64,000 nt of DNA from assembly GCA_965235115.1 (NCBI GenBank), contig OZ249436.1, positions 18,602,001-18,666,000 of the forward strand, in the 5' to 3' direction. The notes beneath the pieces are model-generated. The model searched no databases, had not been told where the DNA came from, and was given only the letters and a program-made list of their open reading frames with translations. Position 1 is the first letter of the stretch. Every line of letters starts with the position of its first letter. Positions 13,201-28,200 of the stretch are shown piece by piece. A program made the position numbers and the translations under genes. The DNA is from Laetmonice hystrix (lineage: Eukaryota).

Positions 13201-16200
13201 GTTATATCTCAGGACTGGTTGCATGTATCAGGCTGAAATTTGGTATGTGCAAGGTCCCCACCCACGTATTCAGTGCCAATCATCAAAGTTGTGCTAAATT
13301 GCATTTTTCTATTTTTTTATAGCTGACTGAAAATGGCATTTTGTTCATATCGGAACATTTTTTTCAAACTTTAGGGGGCTCTACACCAAATGTGTATTAA
13401 GTGATCATCTTCATATTACACAGCTTACCTCAGTAGATTCCCCCCTTGTGTTTAGCCAAAAACAATGCCCATCACAATAATAGTTTTTGAGCTGTAGCTC
13501 CATAAAAATCGATCATGGTTGAAAACGTCGAAAAAAGCTCTCCATTCTAGGTCGGATTTCACCATGTAGGCAACTACTCAGACACTTCAAATTTTTTTAA
13601 AAGGTAGAATGTCTATATGACATTTGTCAGTAGAATTCTTTTTATCTAACTCAAAAGGCTTCATGTTTAAAAAAAAAACAGTTTAGACGGTATTAAACAG
13701 AATGTAGAAATCCATAATATCTTATTAAAAAATATCTAAAATGGATTTAGCATAGATTATAACTACTAAATAACTACTGAACATACATCTGTTCATAATC
13801 ATAATTAATTCATAATTAAATGATTAAATTAGGTAATTAAATAATTAATTAATTTAATTAATTAATTAATTAATCTAAAATGGATTTAGCATAGTTTATG
13901 CCTACTAAATAACTACTGAACAATTATCTGTTCAAAATCATAATTAATTCATAATTAAATAATTAAATAAAATAATTAAATTAAATAATTAAATAATTAA
14001 TTAAATAAATTAAATTAATTAAGTTAATTAATTAATTAATCTAAAATGGATTTAGCATAGTTTATGCGTTAAAAACAAGCCAAAAACAATGCCCATCAAA
14101 GGAGTAGTTTTTGAGCTTTTGCTGCATGAAAATCGGTTATGTTTGAAAAATGTTGAAAAAAGCTCTCCATGTTTTTTAACTAACTCACAAGGCTTCATGG
14201 TAAAATAAATTTATTTAATTATTTATTTAATTTATTTACTTAATTATTTAATTTAGTTTATTTATTTACTTAATTATTTTATTTAATTAAATTAGGTAAT
14301 CAAATTAGTTAATTAAATTAGTTAATTAAATTAGTTAATTATTTAATTATGAATTAATTATGATAATGAACAGATGAATGTTCAGTAGTTATTTAGTAGG
14401 CATAAACTATGCTAAATCCATTTTAGATTAATTTATTAATTCAATTAATTTATTTAATTAATTATTTTATTTAATTATTTTATTTAATTATTTAATTATG
14501 AATTAATTATAATTATGAACAGATGTATGTTCAGTCGATATTTAGTAGGCATAAACTATGCTAAATACATTTTAGATATATTTAAATGAGATATAATGGA
14601 TTTCTACATTCTGTTTAATACTGTCTAAACTGGTATTTTTCAAAACATGAAGCCTTTTGAGTTAGATAAAAAGATTTCTACTGACAAATGTCATATAGTT
14701 ATTCTACCTTTTGAAAAAAATTGAAGTGTCTGAGTAGTTGCCTACATGGTGAAATCCTACCTAGAATGGAAAGCTTTTTTCGACGTTTTTCACACATGAT
14801 CAGTTTTCATGCAGCTACAGCTCAAAAACTATTACTATGATGGGCATTGTTTCTGGTTAAACACAAGCTGGTAATCTACTGAGGTAAGCTTTGTAATATG
14901 AAGATGATCACTTAATACACATTTGGTGTAGAGCCCCCTAAAGTTTGAAAAAAATGTTCCGATATGAACAAAATGCCATTTTCAGTCAGCTATAAAAAAT
15001 AAAAAATGCAATTTAGCACAACTTTGATGATTGGCACTGAATATGTGGGTAGGGGACCTTGCACATACCAAATTTCAGACTGATACATGTAACCAGTCCT
15101 AAGATATAACGCTTTGAAAATGGGAAAAAGCACAAAAATGACTTTTGACATGCACAGTATGCACCGACACACATATTTTAAAAATTAATATCTGAAAAAC
15201 TACTGGAAGTTGGAGCAAAAAATTTTGTATGCGTTCATCAAACATGTGGAGGTACTTGTAAAAAAAAAATCATAAAAATCTGAGATGGTCACCTGGGAGG
15301 CTCTAGGTGAATCCGCGTGGAATGACCCAGTAGTAAGCCCCCCCCACCCACCCACCCACCCACCAACCCGCTGCCCAGATAACACGTATACGTTGGCCCA
15401 ATATTGGCATTTGGTCGGCACTGTCGCCACCGTCGTGGTTTGAAAATATACGTTGGGCCAACGTTGGCAGTTAGTAATCACTTTTGCCATGATGTCCGGT
15501 TGGAAAGAATTACGTTGGCCCCACGTCGGTATATAGTCTGTACTATCGGCACCCTAGTTGTTGAAACCCGGCTGGAAAACCCACGTTGTCCCAACGTTGG
15601 AATTTAGTCGGCACCCCGTTGGAACCCCGTTGGAACATCCATGTTGGCGCACCTAGCTAGAGCCAGAGGTGGTTTTACATCAAGCCCTCCCCCCCCCCCC
15701 CCTTGCAAAATCCTGGATGCCCCTCACCCCCAATGGCCTTGGTATGGGTGTCTGTCCTCGGCTCACTTGCCTGAGCCCGGTGTGCAGCTTGGCGACGGAG
15801 TTGGCGGGGGCGGCTTGCTACAGTAGGCCTACACACTACAGGCCGGTCACGCCCACGGGTTGTCTCGAAAAACCGGTTTTTGGTAAATACTAGTCACAGC
15901 AGAAAGGCAGTCTAGGCCTAATCAGTTAGGTAGAAGTTTAAGACTGACAAGTTTAGTTAGTGACAGAAAAAAATCAAGACATTCACACTATGGGTAGAAT
16001 AATATTAATAGTCTGAGCACAGCAGGTGGTTCGCTGTTGGAACAAATCCACCTAGAGTCTAGGCCTACCTCGACGCATGTTGTGCACCCACCTCTTCAGA
16101 ATTATATAGCCTACAGGTCGTTTTATTTTAGAGGGGAAAGCATGAAAGCTCCTTTGTTGATCCAAATTCTTAACCTTTCGGTTGTTACAACCCCACTGCC

Positions 16201-19200
16201 GCACAAAGTCCTGGAATACTCCTTGTTGTGGGCCGAACTCGCGGTAAGTTTAGCTAGTCTAAGCCTTCAGTCTACGGTGTAGGCCTAGGCCTGTTGTCCC
16301 TTCATGACGTCACTACCAGGTGGCAGCTATAGTTCTGTAGATTTCCTCAAGGCGTCAGCATGCGTCCTTTTTGCAAGATGGCGGAAAGGCTATCAACTAC
16401 TAAGTCCCGTTTTTGATTGATAATCATTAATTACAAGGGCAATCTAAAAATATGAATATAGCATAGACGGACTCTAGTACTATCAAGTTAACATCTGATA
16501 ACTCAATATGCAGGAGAAGATTGTTCCTTTAAACAATTTCTCAAAAAGTATACAGCCAAAATTTACTTTGAAATATTGAGCCACCCATCACAGGCCAGGA
16601 AAACTAAACCAAGAACGAATTAATACAATGATAGTACTTACCTCTTTAAAGAGAGCACCATAGAACTGTACAATACAGGGGCAATCATTGCTCCTCATCA
16701 CAACGTCCAGATCCATCAGTAATTGCTTTTGCTCCTTCTCATCAACCGTTGACCTAATACGCTGCAAGTACGTTCAATTTCATTAAACACACACTTACCC
16801 AGTACTCACCTACACCAACACCCAGAGAATTCTCCTATTCATTATTCGTGTAAAAAATATCTCTCTAAGATCAATCACTATAATGCATGAAAGCATGCGA
16901 TCCTGCCACCAAATTCTTCCTTTTGAGACAGAGAACAAGTATATTTTCCGTCTAGCCAAACTGAATTATTTTTAAAATTTTAAAATTATTCTGTTTGAAT
17001 ATGGACAGATATTAAAAATGTTAGATATAGCGTATATGTCCCTTTAGCCGCGCACTACCTATCTGCTGCACACCCCCGCATTTTTTCAAACAAGCTGTGT
17101 CCTTCCCGGCATGGCGATGACTGGCGTACTATCTGATAGTGACGTCATAATGTAGTAGATTTGCCGTACCGTAAATTTTGTATCAATTGCCGCGCACTGC
17201 TTTTCTGCACACGCACGTGCGGCTAAAGGTACATATCCGGTATGTCATTTTATTCTTTTAATTGTAAACATGTAGTTTAATTTTAGTAATTTATATGTTT
17301 TTAATTCCAACTGAACTCCTGGTCTACCTTTACTGCCATCACAGTGTTGCTCTGTTCATGATACATTTTGTTGACAGTACCATAGGCACCTCGTCCTATT
17401 TCACCCTGGTCATTCAAGTCATCTGCAGTGAAGTCAAATATCTGGGGGGAAAAAGGAAATTATCCTTACATATCGTGGAAGATATGGGCAAATAACTAGC
17501 GATTTCAACCACTTTTCTATGAATAAACTCATAAAATAACACAAAAAAATCTTAAATTCACACGTGCTCATTCATGGGTGGGTAGTTTATGCGAAACCGA
17601 GCATCACACACAATTTGACCTAACTAATTGGAAATCAAATATAATGTGTACAAATTACAAAAAATGCCTGATGGGTTATTTGGGCATTCCACATGATAAA
17701 TTTAATCTAAAAAATATCCTTGTAAATATATTTTTCCCTACAAAAATAAAAAAAATTAAAGTCCATTGACATAGGTTTTGGTGAAACCGAGCGTTTGTGT
17801 ACGCATTGCAGCCAAACTATTTAATAATAGTGGCAGATATTAACCTCCCCATGTGTCTACAGCCCTCTTGAGATATACATTCTTAAGGAGAGCATATAAA
17901 TCAATTTTTGCTATTTTTACAATGTATCCATCTTAAAACCAAGCGTTTGCATGAAAAGGAACCTATGCAATATATTGTTTATGTATATGCAGTATATTGT
18001 ATCTAATTTGAAAATCCCTGCGTTCAGGTTTTAAAGTAATTGAGATCATTACGTTTTGTCAGTTCTTGCTCAAAATGTGTTTATATCTAAGATTGTTAAT
18101 CTGTGATTTTGAAGGATATCAAAACTCTACTTGACATGCATCATCCTCAGACTTTCCCTGATCATTGTGTAATGGTTCATACGATAATATATCGTTATCC
18201 CAGGCCCGTACCCAGGATTGGCCTTGGGGGGGGGGGGGGGGGGTTCAGTCTGGCTGAGACAGACTGAGGCCTTGCCTACAAAGACGATTGATGGTGCGAG
18301 GCCCCCTCCCTCCCGGGGGGGGGGGAGTTCCGGAACCCCTGGAACCCCCCCCCCCCCTCCCCCCCGGGTACGGGCCTGTCAACTGTTTTGGAGACACGGG
18401 CCATTGCAAATATGCTTGACTTGATTGACCTTTCAAAGTCACCCAAAGTCCTACAAAATGGTGTCAAATGAAAGTTCATGATTTATTATGATTTATTATG
18501 GAGAATATAGTGAACATAAAAAGGCTATAAAATATCACATAGCATAACAATAAGACAAGAAACCATATGCAGCTCAACTCCTAAAGGCGAAAACGTGATC
18601 TTCTATTATAAAATACATGTAGTAAAAATAAGATGCGATTTATTTACCATGTGCAATCAGCATGTATATATCATGGCTGTGCAAACACTTGGTTTCATTC
18701 ATATAATGGTTCACAAATAAAAGTGGTTCTCACAGTCAGTTTTCAGAGTTAGTGTACCCAAATTCTCTGATGACTGGGCCACTCTGTTGTCCTTATGTTC
18801 ACGACTAAAATCTTAAAGGATATATTGATTTTTACTTTTGATCCCTTTCAAACCCATTTGTTGCAGTTTTGTGAGAATCGACCATGTACAAATTTTAAGT
18901 AAATTATATAGTTATACACTAAAAGCAAAAACCGGCCATCTCTTATTTCAATGAGTCCAAAATGCAGACATGGGCTGTTAGGTTAAATAAGGCCTTATGC
19001 TGGTTCCACACCAGAAACCGACAACGACAAGACAGATCTCTACAAGACAACGGCAAGACAAAGACAAAACAGAGTTGATCCTGTTCATTTCTATTATGCC
19101 TTCCACACTGGGCCAGCAACGACAAAACAAAAATGGACTCACAACTAGACGACAATGACACAACAACAAAAGTTGAACCATGTTCAACTTTTGTCTTGTC

Positions 19201-22200
19201 GGCCTGTTGTAGTGCTGGAGAACACAGGGCTCCCAAGGAAGCCTGGTGGCTTTTGGCCTGACCGACACGGAGAGGTACAGCGCTAGTAGAGACGGTGGGG
19301 TAGTGACCAGTTGTCGGTTTCTGGTGTGGAACCCGTATCAGATTACATAAATCAATAAATGTATACCGGTACCCCCCCCCAAATATGGAAATTCAACATT
19401 CCAGTCGTCTCTTGTCATTATGAAGTGATTGTGTTATGGCCGATTGTTGACAAAATTGTTGACATGGCATTGACTTGAACAGCCAATGAAATTCATCGGG
19501 CAATGATCCGACGAATTTCACTGGCTGTTCCGGGCACCACACATGACAGCCGTCACAGCACATGGAGAGCCACTCCGTTATACTCCAACATACCCACCCC
19601 CACTACATAGCGATCACTGACTCCACATTGACTCGGTGCAACCCTGATCCGTCATCCTCACCACAACTGTACCAATTATGTTTTTCTTTGACAGAAAGAT
19701 ACATTTACATGTAATTAACTAGGTACCACAATTCTTTATAACCAGTACAGGGAAAAGTCGCCAAGTTTACCCACAACACCCTATCTCTGTCACAATTTTA
19801 CAAAGTTTATATACCTGCTCACATGAGCGGATTAGTGGTTGTTTTGGGGTTCAGGACCCCTTACCTTTTCACCGCCACACCTCTACTTTTGCTAGTTTGT
19901 TCTTGTTGCATCCCCCCACCTTATATATTTACATATATTAATATTTACAGAGATTTGTTTGAGATTGACTTGATGATACCAAATACATGTACATTCTGAT
20001 ATGCAAAGATGTTTTTCACTACATGCAAGCAATGCTCTCTTACTTCTTCCTTCTCAAGGCTTGTAATTATCGATTGCTACAAAGAGACTCAAGAAATAGT
20101 CAGCAACTTTATGTCCCGAATAAAAATAGAAATTTCCAGTACATGTACTATTAAAAGCTTACCCTCGACAAATCCAGTCTCTTACGTTTCGAGAAAATAA
20201 ATATTACATGCGACGATGTAGGGAAGGACACATGGACAGCCTGCTCCTTATTAGCCACAACTCAAACTCGATCACGTATTAACACATAAAAAGCATACTT
20301 TCAGATGACAGAACATCAGTCCCTGGATATTCTTTAGGAATCACCTACATTAAGTCCTTTTTGTTCTTTGGAGGATAAAAACTGTTCAAGGACAATCTAC
20401 TACATGTATATACAAAGTAAACGGTTCACTCTCATGAATAATGGTGATTTGAGGTGCCATTGCTGCATCAGCGAATAAGTACATTATAAACATTCATTCT
20501 TTCATTTGCGATATAATACTTAACTGTGCAACCTATCCCTCCTTTTGAAAAATGTGCTTGAAACTGTACTATTTTTTCATTTGTTACGAATTGGGATGCC
20601 CATATCTCAGAAGTTGTAATCAACAGAGAGTTCATATTATACACACTGGTAGACAGGATACTAGAGATGTTGTACACAGAGTTTCAAGGGATTTAAAGGG
20701 AAATGTGAGTGTTCAAAGCGCCACCTAGTGAGGCGCTTTGGTACCACTGGGGAAATGTGAGTATTCAAAGCGCCGCGTAGTGAGCTTTAACAGAAAAATG
20801 TTTGGCTTATTTATGCAGTCAACTAGTTTGATGTGGAAATCAGTAGTATTTTTTAAACCATGAACCAAACTGTGTGCCAGAACCTGTCTACTCCATTGAA
20901 TGCTATAGTTAAGTCCCGTGTTTTACCAAGGCACTGACTGTTTGGCAGGCTGTAACTTTTTTTTTGATTGTCCTAAGGACAAAGGCTATCCCCCATAAAA
21001 ATATTTTGAAAATTCTAGTGGTCAATCAAATTCCGTCGAACACTCACATTTCCCTTTAAGCAGTTTGTTTTTGTCTGGCTCGTGGCCAAAAGTTGGTTCG
21101 CAAATATTCGTGTTGATGAAATCATGATTTTTGACTTGATCTGTACCACATGTCAATAACTATAAAAAGCATCGATTGATATCTCCTGATAGCAGCCTGT
21201 GAGATGAACCGATCCTGAAAATTTCAGAGCTCTACTTCTTCTTGATCAAAAGTTATAAGGTCTTGAACATGACATGAAAAATAACACGCAAAAAAAAAGC
21301 TTGTGAAATTTGCACCCCCCCCCCCTTCAAAACTATTGGATATTTTGCCCTAAAATTTCGCAGGGCTTCATAATATATGTTGTAGTACATGTATGCCACA
21401 ATCTAACCACTTTGTCAGGAAATCTGTGTTGCCTTGTCAGCCAGAGCAGATTGAGTAGGTAGACATGAACAGGAGAAAATATCAAAATTGCTGAAACTTA
21501 TTTTTGTGCCCCAAGAAGGGAAATTTCAAAATTCTGACACAAATTAGGTGCATTTTGTGGTAGTATTCCAATCTCAAAAAAGCGGAAATCCACGAATCCG
21601 TGGAAAATGTTCATTTCTGGAGGAGGGTAACACTGCCTCAGCTTAGACATACATTTCTGGGAAATACACTTTTACACAAATGCTGGCAAAAAAATGTCTT
21701 TCATTTCAATGAAATACTGGTATTATTCCACCCAAATCCTTAATTTTCAGATACATGGTCCATTATTAAAGCCATCCTGTTTTTAAACCCAAAAATAAAT
21801 AACGCAACTTTCATCTCTAACTACCATCATTTGGTACATATACCCCCCGTATGAGGGTAAAAATTAGCTCCAGTCTTGTACTAAATTGAACTTAATTAGA
21901 AGCAAGGCATCCTACATGATATATACACCATCCCAGAACTGCGACCACTTCCGTGGAATCTCCATGATCGATGCATCTCTCCATGGGCAGATCCCGCTTT
22001 TTCAAGTGGGGGGGGGGGGGGGGGGGGGGTGAAGCCTTGCTAGGGGGGTCCGGGGCATGCCCCCCCCCTCCCCCCACGCGGAAAATTGTGAAATTCAAGG
22101 TGTAATTTGGTGAAATCTGATACATTTTGGAGCACAAAAGAAGCTATTCAATGACCAATGACAAAAGTCTTATGTAGGCCTACAATTCCGTGCCCCGGTG

Positions 22201-25200
22201 GGGCGCCTTGATCCGCCAGTGCTCCCTACCAATGTCCCAACTCCACGTACCCAGCTGAATTAAGTGTAGCATCTACCTAAACTCATGAAATAAATTTCCC
22301 ACATAGATTCTTGTATGACTGGCTATGATTGACCCCACATCTGTCAGAGGTCCCAGCCCAACTCTGGCCACCAGGCACCCGAGAATATTGACCTGTTATC
22401 ATTTCAGAAATACCAAATCATTCTTCCCATACCACATTATACACTTACAATTTTTCTAGATATCATACCTTGCTCTATAAACAAGCCAGGCACGGGACTG
22501 ATGCTCAACTGGCTTAACCTCGACATTGGTAGCATGGTTCAACATTTCCTTGATATTATGTGAAAATCGAACTTGTCCGAGATATTGGTCATATGAACTC
22601 ATGAGGAAATTTTCATTGAAATCCACTGCAATTTGTTCGAGTTATATGGAAATCCATCATGATTTGTTCAAGTACACTGCCCAAGCACAACCAATGCAAG
22701 GCCTGCTGACCTACTTACGGTGCATGCATTTCGCTCATTATCGAACTCGTCCGAGATATTGGCCATATGAATTTATGTTCAGAGTTTTGTTGAAATCCAT
22801 TAAGATTTGTTGCAGTTATCTCAACGAACGGTGTGACAGACGATGCGCCATCACATAAGCTTGACTGGCTTCCAGCCAGTCGAGCTAAAGATATACTGGA
22901 GTTTGGAAAGATGGGCAGTTGCACGGGACTATGTTTTCACCACATTGAAATTTCATGATCTTCCATGACCTTTCCAGACCAGAACTCAAATTTCATGACC
23001 AATTCTGGACAAAATTAACAAGATTACTAAAATCCAAGAATTGCCCCCTAGCATGTTATGGACGATACACTCTGTTAACAATATCTCGATATTTGCTCCA
23101 TGATATGATACGTATAACGATATGTATCTAATTCCAGTCAAACTGATTATGATCAATACAATAGTTGCCCTGGCCTGGAGGGGGATACCAGTAATTGAGC
23201 AATAGTGCAATACATAGAGAATATGGCCACAATGCGAGTATGACACCATGGGCCAAGGCTTTCGTTGTCCAAATTTAGTTTTCTATCACTTTGTATCACG
23301 TTTTAACACCTTTTTTATAACAAATAAAGAATATTCAAATATCACAAATATCATTATGTGCGTGCAGAACTGGGGATTCCCTGCTATATTGTTAGATATG
23401 GCAGCCGCCAATCACTCAATGGCTTACTGCATAAAGGAGGCCTGCAGTTAGCTTTATCGCACGCAGTTGTTTTGCTTCCATTTTATTAAGAGATTGCAGG
23501 TAAAACAATTTTGTTGTCATTATGTGAGTTGTGGTTTAAGAAATGCAGAGCAGCAGATTACCACTTACTATTTCTGGAGATATCTGTAATTTTCCTGTAG
23601 ATTCCAGACTGTGAGACCGTAGCCGCTCTCTGCAAGAAAATGCAAGGAGTGAAAAAAAACGTTATAAAAAATTCAAATAAATTTTCCACAAATAATGACA
23701 AATTAAAGATTCTTGATGCACTTAGTAAATTAATTCATGTTTTAACAGAACTAATCAAGTACAGTTGGTTTCAAGAGAATTGCAGAAATATTGAAGCTTT
23801 TGATGACAGGTTTTGGCACCTTGATCAACACCAAAATAATGAATGCACAATAAGCATCAAAAGCCAATTAACACCAAAAACAATAATAATCTATACTCAT
23901 TAGAATTATGCAGATAAAAGTTTTGCCGGTGCATTTTTAGAAGCCCCCCCCCCCCCCCCCCCCCAGGACAATTCATGCATAGACTGCAGGCCAGTGGCGT
24001 TCTGAGTGAACGGTAGCGACTGACGCCCCACCCCCACCGGCTAGCCCAGAGAGGTTGCGGCAGGTGGAAGTGTGGAGCAAAGCTTTTGGCACACGGCGAC
24101 CCAACACTCAAGCAGCATTCGCCTTATCCACAGCTACTAACAATCCATCCGTCCACCCACCCGTTCACGCATCAACCTCCATGATTTCAGCAACCATCAT
24201 AGCAGTCAGGTTAATTGATATTTGATAGTTGTCCGACACTCCTGGACAACTATCATCACATTTTGGATCATCGTCTTTCAGGTTCAGTAGAAGCTATGCT
24301 ACTGCTAGAATGTCATCATCGATTTCACAGAAACATGCAGTATCAGCTATGAAGAGAGGGGGTGTCGACCTTCTACATGAGAACTAGCTGATCTACACAG
24401 AGTATCAACAAGTTAAAAGTTCTACCAATCTGACAAACACAGTCATTCTTCCACACAGCCTCAAACATATATAGACAAACTTTTAAGTTTGGTGATGGAC
24501 AGGACATTGTCTTTCAGTAAAGCAACACTGCCTCCAAATGTAAAGTTATGGCTAACCACAGATCAATACAAACAGTGACATTAAAGGGGCTATATTTAGA
24601 CTTGCTCATATGAAGAACCATCTAGTGGATAATTAGAGAACTATTATGAAACGGCTGAACATTGTCTGTTTCCAAGAGGCAGCAGGAAAACCCCCAGCAC
24701 ATTTTCACGTTCAAGTCCTTTCGTCAATCTTCGGGCCGTTTGTAGTTAAAGGACATTCACATATTATACAGGGTGAGCCAAATTTTTTTTTACCCTTATT
24801 AAATTCTTGCCAGTTCCACAATTTCGTTGCAAAATATGCCTCCACAATCTTTACCCTATCTTGCACCGTGTAAAATCTAAGGCTTTATCTATGATTTACC
24901 TGAAAATGAGAGAGACATGTTAGCTATTGTGGAACTGGCAAGAATTTAATAAGGGTAACATTTTTTTGCCCCACCCCCTGTATATAACTCACGGCCCAAA
25001 GATGCCCATGTGCGCCACCTAGCTCATTTGTTAGATTACTACACAAGTAGTGTGTGCATGTCTGTAACAGAGATGCCAACTTATGAGGATGAGAATTGTT
25101 AATGATTTCCAAATCTGAGGACCCAAAATTCCTAATGATGTCAATTTCTAAGGATGAGAATTCCATGTGCCAAGAAAAAAAGCGAGCAGTGATACACACT

Positions 25201-28200
25201 CTCACTGTTTTGCTGCGACAATAATAAGGAGGCAACAAAATTGAGGTAGAATACATCAATGAATTAACTTAGTGACTTGTGACAGACATGTTCACAGACA
25301 AAACTAATGAAGGGGCTCCAAATTTATATGGTGACCATATTTCATCTAAAACAAGTGTTCAGTCTGCTATTATAGCAAGGATTTGACATGCCAAAATCAT
25401 AATTTTTGGTCAATTAATTCTCATGGCGTAATCATTATGCCAAATTCCTTATGGTTGGCATCTCTGCTGTAACTTATATGACTGCTGTTATTTATAATAT
25501 GTAACAAGCATAGTGATATTTCATCATTTAAACTTGCACTGGGTGTTTGTTTGGGGATTAACCACCGGTTTGACTAGTGTCACCGGGAAATCTGGCATGG
25601 CTTCTCAAAAGAAGTAGGTCTAGTTCGGCAAGCAGTTTCCTCACTACTCATACACACCTGCGCCTTACCCAGGTACCTGTGCGATATGTACGAGTGTTCA
25701 TTTTAGAAAATGGGCGCGATCTTGAGCGTGCCCCCAACATTGCAGTTTTAATCAGTTTCACCAGTTACGGTCTACCTCGTGGCAAGATATATTCAACAAC
25801 ACATAGAAATTGACGAAAAGTCATTAGAGGGCGCCACCTAGACTTTTAGGATACCCGTTAAGGGAAGTCTATACGGTGCTCCTTTATTTCTTGCTTGACA
25901 GGGAAGTCTTAGATCATACTTTGAATGGATCTATTATTATGATGTTATCAGATCAGATGAAACGTTTCATTCACATGGTTTACCCATCTTTGCAATTCAA
26001 TGCTAATAGGTCTTTTTTAAGTGAACTAATGTACAAGTTTCATGTTCTCTAAACACTGTTAGAACGCCAGGCCAATATACTGCCATGGTTGAAAAAAAAG
26101 AATACACCCAGCAGTGAAGGGCCCTCATCCTGTTACGTGTTTGTATGCCACCACTCACGGAACTCTGCTCACCAACCAGCCCTTTGCATGAGACACTCAC
26201 GGAACTCTGCTCACAAACCGGCCCTCTGTATGCCACACTCCCGGAAATCTGCTCACAAACCGGCCCTCTGTATGCCACACTCCCGGAAATCTGCTCACAA
26301 ACTGGCCCTCGGTATGCCACACTCCCGGAAATCTGCTCACAAACCGGCCCTCTGTATGCCACACTCCCGGAAATCTGCTCACATACTGGCCCTCTGTGTG
26401 CCACCACCGAGGTGCACCAACTTCTCTCCCCATTCCTTGGCGTAGGACATTCTGCAAGTCTATTTAGTTTACATCAAAATCACTGTGTATGTTCGAACTA
26501 ATTTGGATTTAAACCTGATATTGTTAATACTTGTTTACTGTTGGCTCTTTTCCTCAAATTAGAAAAAATCCAAGCACATCTAATAAACTTCGGTGTGCCG
26601 TATCCATGCGCTAGGCATCTTGTTCCATACTTTCCCCCAGTGAAGGACCTTCATCCCGTTACATGTTTGAATTTATTTTCCCCTTATGAAGTTCCATATT
26701 TAACCAAAGCAAATCAGTTAGCCTTATTACAAGAATTCTGAATGCACCTTTTTGAATCGGGTAGCATGACGCATTATTGCTCTTCAACATTCCTGATATT
26801 ACAGAATGTTAAGAAAAAAGGGTCCTCCTTTTATTCGCTGATTACCACTTTCCCTCTAGCTGTTGTTTCATTACCTAAGACAGGGTTCCCACAGCTTGGC
26901 TATATTGAAAGTTCATGACTTTTTACCATGACTTTTAAAGACTAAACTCCCAAATCTCATTACCAATTCCGGATATCATTAACAAAATGTACACTAAAAT
27001 ACCAGAATTGTCCTGTAGTCTATCGTGCTACTCGATTTTAGCCTTAACGGAAACTAAAATGTGGTTCCTACGAAATCTCAAATTCCATCACGTTCGCTTT
27101 CTATTTTGCATGACTTTTCCAGGCCTGGAAAACCAAATTTCATTTTCCAAGACATTTCATGACTCTTAATGGCTGTGGGAACCCTGTAAGAGCACTGTGT
27201 GCATTATTAGATGTCCACGGTGATAAGATTAGAAATATGTAAATGTACGTTTATGTACCGTATATATGTATATGGCTTATTTATGGTCATGAGATAAAGA
27301 GACTATTATTTCTGATTTATCAATCTTGATGTTTGGAATATCTGCTCTTGGCCTTATGCTTTGTCCTCTTTTACTGAATCTTTTGCACTAACTATATATT
27401 CGGGAAATACAATCACCACTCCCTCCTTGAAAATGAAGACAAAGGTTATGTCAAGATCTGGCACTGGATAATATCACTTCCACTAAACTTGAGCAGGTGG
27501 CAAATAAAAGTGGCATCATAAGATTAATTGCATGTGGTTATCTGAAGCTCCTGCTTGCTCGACTTACCAAGAAAGGTTATTCTTCCATCTTTGTCCGGAT
27601 CTTCCGACAACAATGATGAAGTTTAATCTAAACTGTCAAGAAACTATGAAACAGCATTTACAGGAATCTCCTTTGTGAGAAGTTGGAGATTTCATGTTGT
27701 AGAATGACTGGTAAAGAGCAACGACACTATTACGAAGATGAGGCCACGGAAAGATTGGAGAGTCCTAGAGGACTAATATCAAATTCATTAATCTGGATAC
27801 CATAGCCGTGCCATTACTAAGTATTGCATTCTCTGAGGCATCACGGACATGAGTTGAAGACAAATGGCAAGAAAGGGACTCACATGGTTATGGGAGTGTC
27901 AGAACTGGAATACAAAAACTTGTGCCTTATGCTCTCGGTACAATAACCACAATGAAACCAAGCATATTTTACTTTTCTTTGGGATCAGATTATGTAATGA
28001 ACAACAGGTAAGACTACTAGCACACTTTCACTAACAATGCTCCTTCCTCATCTCATATTAAGCTTAAAATCCATAACACACTGCGATTTTTCGGCGCTGG
28101 TTTAGAGCGAGGTAGAGCCGTGATCTTGTTGGTACAATGTAATTGTCACCGAAACGGAAATATCCTGCTATCATGCAGGCTAACCAAGGTTAGATTAAAT

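Noticed and set aside
18734..18805. AG...GT bounded minus-strand segment (REHKDNRVAQSSENLGTLTLKTD) as a candidate MAP2K4 exon
   Set aside because: Wrong phases for this phase-0 intron; the true homologous exon is 23569-23629.
20163..20200. KRKRLDLSR followed by GTAAGC, resembling a docking-site exon
   Set aside because: No adjacent acceptor or in-frame ATG; the real docking site is in exon 38425-38530.
26003..26501. Overlapping ORFs with 14-aa repeats
   Set aside because: By-product of a 42-bp stop-free minisatellite open on both strands; no spacers, so not CRISPR-like.
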